The notes beneath the pieces were generated by a model that did not search any database, was not told the DNA's origin, and saw nothing but the letters and a program-made list of their open reading frames with translations. Of a DNA stretch of 64,000 nt, positions 1 to 11,658 are shown piece by piece. This DNA comes from Diplonema japonicum (lineage: Eukaryota > Protista > Euglenozoa: Diplonemea): the NCBI GenBank assembly GCA_964019335.1, contig OZ025651.1, forward strand, positions 744,001 to 808,000, given 5' to 3'. Within the stretch, counting starts at the first letter, position 1; the number at the start of each line of letters is the position of its first letter. The position numbers were made by a program, and so were the translations under genes.

Positions 1-3
1 TAG

Positions 4-498
4 GGTACACCTTTGTACTTTGTACCTGGGTCTGTATCACCATGCTCGTTGTGTTCCATGAGCAGCTGTTCCCATTCTTCGGTTCTTCCTCGTCATCGTC
101 GACCCCCGCCGACGATGGGGATGACAGCGTTCCGCATCACACGCGGATTCTGTTCTCCGCGTCATTCGTGATAAACTGTTTGTTCTCGCTGATGCTGTCC
201 TGCTTCTCTTACTTCCACTTCAAAATGGCCTACAAAAACGAAACCACCATCGAAGGCGACACGCTTCCCCAGTTCCACCTGACTCCGAGGGAAAATTGGT
301 GCCAGGTATTTTCTTTTGGAAAAAAAAAAAAAAAAAAAAAAAAAAAAGGTTTTTGGGAAAAACCCTTGGTATTGGTTCCTCCCCGTGTGGGGAGACGGGC
401 CTGATGGGGACGGGATACGTTGGACGCTGGCAGGTGGGAAAATAGATGGTCTCCCCAACAGCAGGCAGGACGAGTCAAGGGGCACGGAGCTGCTATGA
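4..498 (+). CDS. DHHC-type palmitoyltransferase, C-terminal part (gene begins before the window)
   Basis: Transmembrane segments, then the TTxE motif (NETTIE) and PaCCT-like NWCQ|VFGKNPWYWFLP once intron 306-348 (GT..poly-A..AG) is removed. The DHHC motif itself is outside the window. Confidence 0.8.
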
Positions 499-802
499 AG
501 AATGACTTTTTTTCTCTTTTTTTTTTCTTCCTTTTGTTTCCGCCGCAAAAACCACTGATTTATCGGAGACCGTCACACACCCCCACTCCGGGGAAGGGGG
601 GGGGATAATAGAGAGGGGGGGGGGGGGGGGGGGGGGAAAGCCCCCTTTTTTTGTGCAATAAAAAAAAGTTTCGGGCTTCGTTACAATGCTCTTCTTTCTG
701 GTTGGCGCCCCTCAAAAATTTTTTAGAGAAATGCATATCCGTTCTGTAATTCTCCCTCAAAGGTACCATATCTACACGGGAGAAAGAAAGAAAAAGGGGG
801 AA

Positions 803-1267
803 ATGTCGTCGCAAGCAGTGTTTCAAGCAGCAGGGAGAAAATATGCACCAGTACCGCCAGCACATGAGTTTTTGAAAACCGAGGCGAGAAAAATGAAAGC
901 GGAAGGTGCGATACTCCACATGGGGAAGAAAGCTGCGGCTGGAGTGGCGGCTGGGAGTGTAGGAATGTGGGTGTTGTGCGGAAGCATTGGGGTTCTCTGC
1001 GTAGCAACCATGTATGTGTGCAAGCAGCAGTACCTCGTGGATTTGGAGAATGAGAAGAGGCTCAGAGAGATAGAGCGTCGAAGATTCAAAGAATTGGGTG
1101 ATTTTGATGATGAAAGCACGGAGCTCCTCGAGAGCGCCATCGCTGAAGGGCAACGAATCGTCGACTCCACAGGTAGCCCGGTGTGCGGGGCGTACCCTCC
1201 CCCGACTACCGCATCGTGGAAAATGTCCCTTTCCGACAAGCCCTCCGGCCTTGTGCCTCTCCATTAG
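803..1267 (+). CDS. Small single-pass membrane protein of unknown function
   Basis: Complex-sequence ORF with ATG in the same A-rich context as the other genes; one hydrophobic segment (GMWVLCGSIGVLCVATMYVC). Confidence 0.6.
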   Translation: MSSQAVFQAAGRKYAPVPPAHEFLKTEARKMKAEGAILHMGKKAAAGVAAGSVGMWVLCGSIGVLCVATMYVCKQQYLVDLENEKRLREIERRRFKELGDFDDESTELLESAIAEGQRIVDSTGSPVCGAYPPPTTASWKMSLSDKPSGLVPLH

Positions 1268-1435
1268 ACGCTACACGAAAAAAGAAAAGAAAAAAAAAAA
1301 AAAGAACCTTGCCCGGACGCGAAAAAAGACTAGGGGGGGGAAAAAAAAACTTTATTACCCTCTCCCTATTATTATTTTTTTCTTTTTTGTGCATGGTGGA
1401 TCATCTCCAGGCAAAAAAAAAAAAAGAAATTAACC

Positions 1436-2452
1436 ATGCCACCGAAAATCGAGTGCGACATCGTCATCGGTCCGGGTGTCAAGATGAACAACCTCAAGAT
1501 GGTTCAAGGCGATGATGCAATGATAGAGAGGCTCAGCAAACTGGAGGGGAAGGAGGTTTACATCAAAGGCGACCCATCAGAACCCGGAATGGTTATGTGC
1601 ACGGAAGACAGCACATATGAGATCACTACACTGGAAACAACGAACTCCTGCATGCTGTGCAAGAGGCAGGACGGCGAGGATAAGATTATCCTGGGCATGG
1701 CAGACCACACCGCAGTTGTAAAAAGAATCCCCGGATGCATCGCAAGCGACCTAAAAAAACTTCTGGAAAAAGGTCGATACAACACACAACAAATCGTATC
1801 AAGGCTCAAAGCGTCAGAAGCAGAGATAAAATCAGCATTACACAACTCCCCCGCGGTGTTTCATGAAGACGCTTGGGTACTGTGTGACAAAAGTGATACT
1901 GAACACGCTCTGGAAACCCTCCTCCGCATTGGAGATGCCGTAATGGACCTCGACAGATTCACACAAGAAGAATCTATCGAAAAATTAAAGGAATATCACG
2001 AGGAAATCGTTCTGTTGTCCGTTGTAAAATCTTTTTGCACGGAGGCAGATGACAAACCGTTTTTTAAAGTTTCTGCGGAAAAGGTTGCGAGATGCTATGC
2101 GGGGCATTTGTTCGCAGCAACACCAACCTGGCCCTTGGAAACGTTTATGTCGGAATGGGTATCTTGTTGCCCCGCGTTCGTTGTCCCCACCGAGACCATG
2201 CTCAAGGGTTTTGCGCTTATCAAGCCCGCGAAGCCCGAGAGAACAATTACGTATTTTCCGTCTGTCGATCTGCCGGGGACCCCCGAGGAACGCTTCGCCA
2301 AGCTTTTCGACGCGATGCCCCAATGGGAACCCGAACTCTTGAAGTACTACATCCAGCCCTTGGTAGGCCCGGGAACCGCGGAGGCCCAACTCATATCCAG
2401 ATACACAAGAGAGTTCACAATCGGCGGGAAACAAATGTACGTCCCGTTCTAG
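1436..2452 (+). CDS. DCC1: Sister chromatid cohesion protein DCC1 (Ctf18-RFC subunit)
   Basis: N-terminal VYIKGD..VMCTEDSTYEITTLETTNS and C-terminal LPGTPEERFAKLF..W..YIQPL match the DCC1 family pattern; 338 aa. Confidence 0.8.
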   Translation: MPPKIECDIVIGPGVKMNNLKMVQGDDAMIERLSKLEGKEVYIKGDPSEPGMVMCTEDSTYEITTLETTNSCMLCKRQDGEDKIILGMADHTAVVKRIPGCIASDLKKLLEKGRYNTQQIVSRLKASEAEIKSALHNSPAVFHEDAWVLCDKSDTEHALETLLRIGDAVMDLDRFTQEESIEKLKEYHEEIVLLSVVKSFCTEADDKPFFKVSAEKVARCYAGHLFAATPTWPLETFMSEWVSCCPAFVVPTETMLKGFALIKPAKPERTITYFPSVDLPGTPEERFAKLFDAMPQWEPELLKYYIQPLVGPGTAEAQLISRYTREFTIGGKQMYVPF

Positions 2453-2537
2453 AATTTCCCCCCCCCCCCCCCCCTTGTAGAACTTAAAAAAAACTTTTTT
2501 GAATCGCAGAGCTGGGGGCTTAAAAAAAAAAAAAGAA

Positions 2538-2789
2538 ATGTCCGGCAAGAAGCGTGAGGCGAAGACGATCCAGGTGTTCTTCCGACTGAGGCCGCCAAAC
2601 GGAGGGGAGAAGGAGCGCAAGGAGAACTGCAATGTCGTGAAGCTCGAGAAGGACCAGCAGACTGTGATCCTTGGGGAGAACACAAACCCTTACAACTTCA
2701 CAAAGACATTCGGGGGAGACAGTAAGCAGACAGATGTCTTCGACAACGTGGCCCGTAAGGCCGTGGAGGACGCCTTCGATGGGTGTGTA

Positions 2790-2833
<44 letters not shown>

Positions 2834-4684
2834 AGATTCCACGGTCTGATGTTTGTGTACGGACAGACAGGCACAGGGAAGACCTTCACAATGTCGAACC
2901 AAACAAAGGGACAAGAAGGAATGCTTCAGCGATGCGTGGACCTTGTCTTCAACAAAATCAAGGACGACAAGAGCGGGGATTACGAGGTGAGCTGCACCTT
3001 CATCCAGATCTACCAGGAGGTGATTGAAGATCTCCTCAGGGACAAGCACGACCCTGTGGACAAGAAGGGCATCATGATCCGTGACGATCCCAACATCGAA
3101 GGAGGTGTCTACCTCTCCCCTGTTAAACAACTGAACTGCTACAACTCCGGATCAACTGCTCAAGAGGGCATCACCAACTCACTGAAGATGTTCCACAAGG
3201 GTGACAGCAACCGATCTGTAGGGTCGACAGCCATGAACGCTGTCTCCTCCAGGTCGCACACTGTCTTCACACTGTACATCACAAGGCGGAACAAGATGAC
3301 GGAAGAGGACTACGACGATGACACTGCGAACAAGGAGGAGTTCAACGGCCGACTCATTCTTGTCGATCTTGCTGGGTGCGAACGACAGAAGAAGACAGGG
3401 GCTGGTATGGTGCAACGAACAAAGGAAAATAAAAAAACCCCCAGGTGGTGAACGTCTCACTGAAGCCAATGCCATCAACGGTTCACTGCTTGTCCTTGGG
3501 AAGTGTATCAAGGCCTTGACCGACCCGAGGCAGTTCGTTCCTTACCGGTATGAAAGGGGAGAGAAACAAAGCACACACCACCATCACAGTGAGTCGAAGT
3601 TGACACGTATCCTGCAGTACTCCCTTGCGGGGCACGGCAAGACCACTATTGTCATCACCGCCGGGCCTAGGTATAGAAAAGGAAAGCAGAATAAGTAAAA
3701 AAAATAAACAGTGAGCGCAACGCGGACGAGACAAGGTCGGCGATTGAGTTCGGGCAGAGGGCCATGACGATCAAGCAGCAGGCGAAGAAGCACGTGGAAA
3801 TTGACTACAAAGCACTGTGCAAGAAGCTGCAGGCGCAGCTGGACTCCAGGGGGGACGTCCTCAACGAGCAGTTGAAGGAGGAGATCAAGGTGGACTTCGA
3901 GGAGCAGCTCAACCAGAAGGACGAGAGGATCAAATTCCTCGAGGCAGAACTCTCCTTGTACAAGACAGGCGGCGGGTCACCAGTACCAGGCGGCCAGGAC
4001 TCCGATGAGGACGGAGAACCCGCAGCAAGAGGTGGCGGGTACAGCAGCAGCAAGCCTGCTGCCGGTGGTGGTGCTGCACCCTCTGGTGCTGGAGGATTGA
4101 CAGTCCCATCTGGTGGGCTTGCCTCGAAGATGAGCTTCACAGGAATGTCGAGCGCAGGGAAGGAGAAGTACCGGCAGCAGATGAAGGGTCTTGAGGAGAA
4201 GCTTGACGCGAAGGGCCATGAAATCTCCTCTTTGAAGAAGGAGAAGTTGGAGCTTGCCAGAGAGAAGAACGACCTCGATGCAAGGCTCCAGCAGAAGACT
4301 TACAACATGAACATCCTCGCGATGAAGCTCCAGGGCGACCTCCGCAGCAAGGAGGAGCAGCTCCAGAAGATGCAAACAGCACTTTTGAAGCTTCAAAAGG
4401 GAGACTACGTCTCGCCAACTGCGAAGCTTGATGCTGACGACACCGACTCCTCGCCCCGTCCTGACGGGATGCAGGACTCTGATTACATTCAGAAGCTGCA
4501 ATTCGCCATCAGGAAGATGAGGGAAAGGGAGGCGATGATGACCTCGTACCACGAGAAGGCACGTGAGGCAATCATGTACCAGGCTAACAAGGCAGAGGAC
4601 CTCAAGGAAAAACTGAACAGGGAATCGGAAAAGAGGAGGAAGGTCGAGGATAAGTACGACAAGCTGAAGGGTAGAGACAGGTAA
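2538..4684 (+). CDS. Kinesin motor protein, paralog 1 (4 introns)
   Basis: P-loop YGQTGTGKT, switch I NxxSSRSH, switch II LVDLAGCER, PYRESKLTR, then a coiled-coil tail. Introns at 2783-2835, 3405-3444, 3548-3589 and 3671-3711 restore the motifs in frame. Confidence 0.92.
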
Positions 4685-6145
4685 GAAGTGACTAACAAAC
4701 TTGAAGGGAGAAGAGAAAGAAAAGAAACACAGAGGGTCCCCTCTCATTTCCACATATCTCCCCCTCCCTCCCCTCCCCCTTCCACACTTCCACGTGCAAA
4801 ATAGACTCTTCTTACGTCTCATTGGTGTCTCTCCTTTTTTTTTTTTTCCGCTCCTTACCACGTCCCCCCCCTCCCTTCCTCTTGATGTGAGGATTTTTTT
4901 TTTCTTTCAGAAACAGGGGAGAGCAACAGAAAAGTGTAGAGGGGGAAAAAAAAGGGAGAAAGGGAAGGAGGAAAACCAAACCTATTGCCTTGTTGCCACG
5001 TTGGGGGGAGGGGGGGGTTATAAGGCTTTGTAGGCCACAAGATTATAGACAGCCTTGGTACATGCATAATTAAATGTCTAATTTATGTCCCGGTGATGTA
5101 ATATATGTGATTTTGTGGCAAAGCCTTCCCTCCTCCACCTCTAAAGTGGATTTCTTGTGCAGTGGTTTTCCTGGCTGTGCAAGCAAAAAGGAAAAAAAAA
5201 AACCCTATACACACTCTCACCCCCCCCCCCCCCCCCCCAGATTGAGCTCTACATTTCAAAAAAATGGAAGAATGCCGCCCTATTTTTTTCCCCCTCCCTT
5301 TCTTCTCTCCTTTGTTTTCCCTCCCTTTGTTTTCATTTTCTTTTCTTTTCTTTTTTCTTAATTTCTTCGATTTTTTTCTCTTCTTTGAAAACTGGCAATA
5401 AAAAAAGCGGGGAAAAAAGAAGCCTAAGAAGAAGGGAAGAAGAAAAAGAAGAAACAAAGGGGAAAGGAAAGAAGAAAAAAAATGATATCGAAGGGGAAGA
5501 GATAAAGAAGGAAGAAGTGAACAAAAAAGAAAACGATGCAAAAGGAAAAAGAGGAAAAAAACAAGTGTTTTCTTTTTCTTTTCTGTAACAACACCCGGAA
5601 AAGCGCAGAATCTTTTCAGGAAGGCGGGGGCATGAAAAAGAAATAAAAACTAAAAAAAAAAAAAAAAAAGAAAGAAAGAAAGAAAGAAAAAGAAGAAAGA
5701 AGAAAAAAAAAACATTTTATTTTTTATTTTTTTTTCTCGATCCCTTCCTTCCCAAAGAAAAAAAAAAGGAAAAAAAGGGTATCCTTTATGATCTTCTTAT
5801 ATTTTCTTTGGTGCGATTTACTCTTTTTTTATATGTTACCCCCCCCCCCCCCCCCCCCCCCCCCTGTCTTGAATGAAGAGTGAGTGGAGAAAAAAATTGA
5901 CGACAACAAAAAAATGAAAATGGTATGGTTGTTTCTGTGCTCACTCGGAGATGAATGGAAAAAAAAAAAAATAATAATACCGCCCAACCACTTTCCCATT
6001 CTGTTTACGTTTTTTTTTTCTTTTCTTTTTTTTTCTTTTTTTTTTTTTTTTCCTCTTTTGCGTTTTCCTCTTTTCCCCTTCTCCTTCTCGATTATACATC
6101 AGGTCACGACAGTGAAACAAAAAAAAGAGGAAAAAAAAAAAAGAA

Positions 6146-8894
6146 ATGTCCGGCAAGAAGCGTGAGGCGAAGACGATCCAGGTGTTCTTCCGACTGAGGC
6201 CGCCAAACGGAGGGGAGAAGGAGCGCAAGGAGAACTGCAATGTCGTGAAGCTCGAGAAGGACCAGCAGACTGTGATCCTTGGGGAGAACACAAACCCTTA
6301 CAACTTCACAAAGACATTCGGGGGAGACAGTAAGCAGACAGATGTCTTCGACAACGTGGCCCGTAAGGCCGTGGAGGACGCCTTCGATGGGTGTGTAATA
6401 AAAAATAACTATTTATTTAGTGAAAATAAGATCGTATGATTTTCACGCGTGGTGGCAGTGGTTTAACGAGTGGGTATATGACTTCACGAGCGAAGCGAGT
6501 GAAGTAACATCAACGAGTTAAACATGCCACCACAAGTGAAAATCGGATCTATTTTCACTAAATCCGTTGTTTTATTTAACGTCAGTCAGATTTGAAAGGG
6601 TGGGGTTGTAATACAGGTTACAAGTTACAAGTTAAAATTTTACTGGGGGTGCTTATGGTTGATATTGATTGTCAAGGCATATCCTGTGTGGTGCGGGCTG
6701 TGCGTCCATGAGTGCTGACAGGACCTGTGAGGCTGCTGCCTGGGTTGCTGAGGTTGCCCCACTAGCAGCTGTCACCGCTGCTGGCTTGCCAAGCCCACCT
6801 CTCTCCCCTTCTGTTGAGAGAGGCGACCAGATCCTTGAGTGACGTAAAAAGTGAGATTCCCAGATTCGAACCGGGGTTTCCAAAACAAGAGGCCTGTGTG
6901 GTAACCACTGTGATTTCTTTTCCGTGTTTGCGCCCCCAACCCCTTGCTGTGCAGTGAAAATAGGGCAAGCGTGAATATAAAGTACTTTATATTCACTCAT
7001 AAAGTAATTTCATTTCTGCCCCTGTTTTCTTCCTAAAACAAGCCTGAAATCTGCAATGAAAATAAAGTGAAGCGTGAAATAATGTGAAAGATTATATTCA
7101 CTCCCACCCTTGAAAATCTGACTGGAGTTATATAAGAAAAAAAAAAAAACAGATTCCACGGTCTGATGTTTGTGTACGGACAGACAGGCACAGGGAAGAC
7201 CTTCACAATGTCGAACCAAACAAAGGGACAAGAAGGAATGCTTCAGCGATGCGTGGACCTTGTCTTCAACAAAATCAAGGACGACAAGAGCGGGGATTAC
7301 GAGGTGAATTGCACCTTCATCCAGATCTACCAGGAGGTGATTGAAGATCTCCTCAGGGACAAGCACGACCCTGTGGACAAGAAGGGCATCATGATCCGTG
7401 ACGATCCCAACATCGAAGGAGGTGTCTACCTCTCCCCTGTTAAACAACTGAACTGCTACAACTCCGGATCAACTGCTCAAGAGGGCATCACCAACTCACT
7501 GAAGATGTTCCACAAGGGTGACAGCAACCGATCTGTAGGGTCGACAGCCATGAACCCCGACTCCTCCAGGTCGCACACTGTCTTCACACTGTACATCACA
7601 AGGCGGAACAAGATGACGGAAGAGGACTACGACGATGACACTGCGAACAAGGAGGAGTTCAACGGCCGACTCATTCTTGTCGATCTTGCTGGGTGCGAAC
7701 GACAGAAGAAGACAGGGGCTGGTATGGTGCAACGAACAAAGGAAAATAAAAAAACCCCCAGGTGGTGAACGTCTCACTGAAGCCAATGCCATCAACGGTT
7801 CACTGCTTGTCCTTGGGAAGTGTATCAAGGCCTTGACCGACCCGAGGCAGTTCGTTCCTTACCGGTATGAAAGGGGAGAGAAACAAAGCACACACCACCA
7901 TCACAGTGAGTCGAAGTTGACACGTATCCTGCAGTACTCCCTTGCGGGGCACGGCAAGACCACTATTGTCATCACCGCCGGGCCCAGTGAGCGCAACATG
8001 GACGAGACAAGGTCGGCGATTGAGTTCGGGCAGAGGGCCATGACGATCAAGCAGCAGGCGAAGAAGCACGTGGAAATCGACTACAAAGCACTGTGCAAGA
8101 AGCTGCAGGCGCAGCTGGACTCAAGAGGGGACATCCTCAACGAGCAGTTGAAGGCGGAGATCAAAGCCAGCTTCGAGGAGCAGCTCAACCAGAAGGACGA
8201 GAGGATCACCTTCCTCGAGGCAGAACTCTCCTTGTACAAGACAGATGAGTCACCACCACCACCATCTAGCAAGCACGAGGAACCCTCGAAAACCACAGGT
8301 GCAGGATTGACCGCCCCATCTGGCGGGCTTGCCTCGAAGATGAGCTTCACAGGAATGTCGAGCGCAGGGAAGGAGAAGTACCGGCAGCAGATGAAGGGTC
8401 TTGAGGAGAAGCTTGATACAAAGGGCCATGAAATCTCCTCTTTGAAGAAGGAGAAGTTGGAGCTTGCCAGAGAGAAGAACGACCTCGATGCAAGGCTCCA
8501 GCAGAAGACTTACAACATGAACATCCTCGCGATGAAGCTCCAGGGCGACCTCCGCAGCAAGGAGGAGCAGCTCCAGAAGATGCAAACAGCACTTTTGAAA
8601 GTGCAAAAGGGAGACTTTATGTCAGCAACTGCGAAACTTGATATTGACGACACCGACTCCTCGCCCCGTCCTGACGGGATGCAGGACTCTGATTACATTC
8701 AGAAGCTGCAATTCGCCATCAGGAAGATGAGGGAAAGGGAGGCGATGATGACCTCGTACCACGAGAAGGCACGTGAGGCAATCATGTACCAGGCTAACAA
8801 GGCAGAGGACCTCAAGGAAAAACTGAACAGGGAATCGGAAAAGAGGAGGAAGGTCGAGGATAAGTACGACAAGCTGAAGGGTAGTAAAAAATAA
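6146..8894 (+). CDS. Kinesin motor protein, paralog 2 (3 introns)
   Basis: Near-identical to paralog 1. Introns at 6391-7152 (expanded by an insertion), 7722-7761 and 7865-7906; the fourth intron is absent. Confidence 0.92.
6406..7135. mobile_element. Non-autonomous hairpin + inverted-repeat element inserted in kinesin intron 1
   Basis: Absent from the paralogous intron 2783-2835. Hairpin 6415-6563 with GCGAAGC apex (6490-6496); inverted repeats ~6572-6615 and ~7091-7135; perfect 26-bp palindrome 6971-6996. Ends are approximate because the target is poly-A. Confidence 0.8.
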
Positions 8895-9109
8895 AATAAA
8901 AATGAGAAACAGAAGGGAAAAAGAAAAAAATAATATAAAAGCTTCGACTACCAGTATGTGGACTTAATATGAAACGGGAAAAGGAATCCGATTTTTTTTT
9001 CCCCCGCGCCGTTTGCTCCATATTTATTCCGTTCTAAAATTAGTTTCGTGTTTTTTTTTTATTTATTTTTTTTTTTTTATTTCTTTTTTTTTTTTTTTTT
9101 TTTTTGTAT

Positions 9110-10018
9110 CCCCTAAACGCCCGGAGCCTATCTACGGTACCCCCCATTTTCGTTGTTGCTTTGAATACTCAAAAAAAGGGCAGCATGCAACCATAGGAAG
9201 GTGCAAGGAAAGGGTAAACGGTACTAAAATTTTCAATTCCAGGTGCCAGATTCAGATGAGAACACTTAACTATGTGTGTAAGAGGGGGGTTGAGGGGGTA
9301 CTTTTTATGTCCGATTTTGGGGGGTCTTGTCGTGGGGGGTTCGTGGAGTTATGGCTGGGCTAAAAAGGGCAGCATTAAGCCCTATTTGGTGCCCTGAACT
9401 CTAGGATTGAGGTCAGTCTGGAGACTTTTTGGGGCTGTGGGATGAAAAAAGCAACTTGTAAGTTTTTTTTCCAGCTGGGGTAGCATGCAAGGGTAAAAAA
9501 CACGTTTTGCATAAGGGGGTTTTGCAACAGGGGCACCACGTTTGCACCTTCGTTCCGTTCATCATGGTCCCGGAGGTGTGATTTAGGGTCAAATCGAGAC
9601 GTTTTGGGTATTTCTGAGTGAGGGAATCCTCATTGCTAGCGTGTTTGCGCTTGGGGGTCGGTGACGGTGTTGTCGGGGGGTATGTGCTATCGGTTTTTGG
9701 GGCATGGGTGAGAAGCTTGCCAACAAGTTCTTCTTTGAAGCTCGGGAAGCCATAATTTTTGCCACATTCCCTGCTCTTCTTCCAGATTATGGAGGAGTTG
9801 GCAACACAGCTTTCCAGGACCCAATAAAAAACGACCATGGTCCACTTCCGGGTTTTCATATGCCGAACTCCAGTCCCCTGGAGCTGGTCTTGCCGGTCAG
9901 GGGTCGACAGCAAACCCTTAGGAGTCGACAGTACGCATGACTAGGTCCTGTGTTGTGGACTTCTTGCTGAAAATGTTGGGGTTCGCCAGGTAACCGCTTT
10001 ATGAGTCGCATGTAGCGA
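9110..10018 (-). mobile_element. Truncated piggyBac copy (right end only)
   Basis: Terminal inverted repeat (TIR) CCCCTAAACGCCCG starts at 9110. Near-identical reverse complement of ~35633-36583; encodes DQ..RKW..VFYW..NS and a Cys-rich tail. Confidence 0.85.
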
Positions 10019-10308
10019 ACCGTTTTTTTGACCCCGATTTTATCGAAAAAAGTTCGGGGTCCAGGATTTGATCTGGCGTCTTCAGGAGACGAGTGCGACG
10101 ACATAACCACTGAGCTACCACTGAGCTACGGCATGTTGCGCTTTTGCAAACGTCGCTCGACACATACATTAATCGCCTCGCAAAAATATGAGACGAAAAC
10201 CCGCTTAGTTTTGACATCAGTGTGAACATTTCGCAGAAGTGAACATAAAGGGTTCACAGTGTCCGAAATTTCCTCATTTAACTTTACAAAAATTAAATAA
10301 AATATCAT

Positions 10309-10570
10309 ATTGAATAAAAATCAGCCAGATATTTACTCGGAATTTTTTTTTTCACTCGTTTTTTTGAATTTCACTCGCTTCGCTCGTGAAATTCAACTAC
10401 TCGTGAAAAAAAAAAATTCCTCGTAAAAATCAGGTAATCTGATTTTTATTTAATAAATACTGTAAAACGAATAATGTCGGACGGAAAAATTCTCGGACAG
10501 AAAAACTCCCGGACACCAAAAAAACCCGGACATTTTTCCGTCCGGGAGTTTTTCGTTTTACAGTAGTTAT
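10309..10570. mobile_element. Second, miniature hairpin + inverted-repeat element
   Basis: Hairpin 10309-10454 with GCTTCGC apex (10377-10383; GCGAAGC on the - strand); inverted repeats 10458-10490 and 10532-10565; internal CGGAC repeats; ends AGTTAT like the first element. Confidence 0.7.
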
Positions 10571-11658
10571 TTTTTTTTTTATATAGTTTTCTTGGGCCCC
10601 GTGGCGGTGCCTGTAGAGCCGAAAATAAAAATAAATAAGAAATAAAAATCCCTATTTTCCGGTGGAAAAAGTTTTGAAATTGAAAGAAAGTTCCGTAATT
10701 TGTCCGTATCCAATTTTCTTTTTGTTCGTATTAAGTCCAAACACGGTACCAGTGCTGTATTTTGATGTTTTTCTTTTTTTGATAAGCAACAAATCGCCGA
10801 GTCTGTCCTCTACAGAGGCTGGTGATACGGCAAGCAACACAAATATAGTTTAAACCTCCCCCCTCCCCCTCCCTGGTGGTCAATTACTACCGGCGACAAT
10901 AGATGGTTGGGGATTTCCCATTTTGGGATACCAATTGGGTCATGTATCTTAGTCATATTTCAGAGAATTTTCACGCGAAATTTATTTTATTTGATAAGCA
11001 CGTGAAGAAGACCAGTCAAGGGCGGGTGGCCTGTTCTGAAGGCAGGGCTTGTGCAATGGTGCAGGAGCGTCCGACAGGCTTCCCCCCCCCCTTTTTTTTC
11101 GTTTAGTACTTCATAAACTCTCCAAAAAAAAAAAAAAAAAAAAAAAGAAAGAAAGAAAGAAAGAAAGAAAAAACTGAAAGTGGGGAAAAAAACATGGGAA
11201 GGGACAGCTTACGGCCTAAGGCGTCGGGGACAACATTTTCTTTTTAATTTTCTCTTTAAAAAAAAAACAAAAAACAAAACCCCCCCCCCCCCGTTCAGTC
11301 TTCCATTGGCATATCTGTACCCCTTTCGGAGTTATTAATTCCTCCCTTTTGCTATTGTCTAACTTCTGTGCACCCTTGCCTCGATTCAAAAATCTTTTAT
11401 ATTTTTACTTACACGAATCCGCTTCTATCTCTTGATCCCCCCTTTTTTTTTCGTTTCGGGGACCGCAGCAGAGCATAGGGAAAGAGTCAAAAATAAATGA
11501 CACCTATTCCTAACGAATCTGCCGTGTTTTCTTTTCTTCTTCTTTTTTTATATATTTTTTTATACTTTCTTCCTGCACACCTCACACAAAATAGAGGGAG
11601 GGAGGGAGGGAGGGGAGGAGGGAGGAAAGGGTGAAGGGAGGGGGTCAAAACCGAAAAA

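Noticed and set aside
6653-7000. Transposase or recombinase ORF within hairpin element 1
   Set aside because: Short and low-complexity, with no YR, HUH or DDE catalytic motifs.
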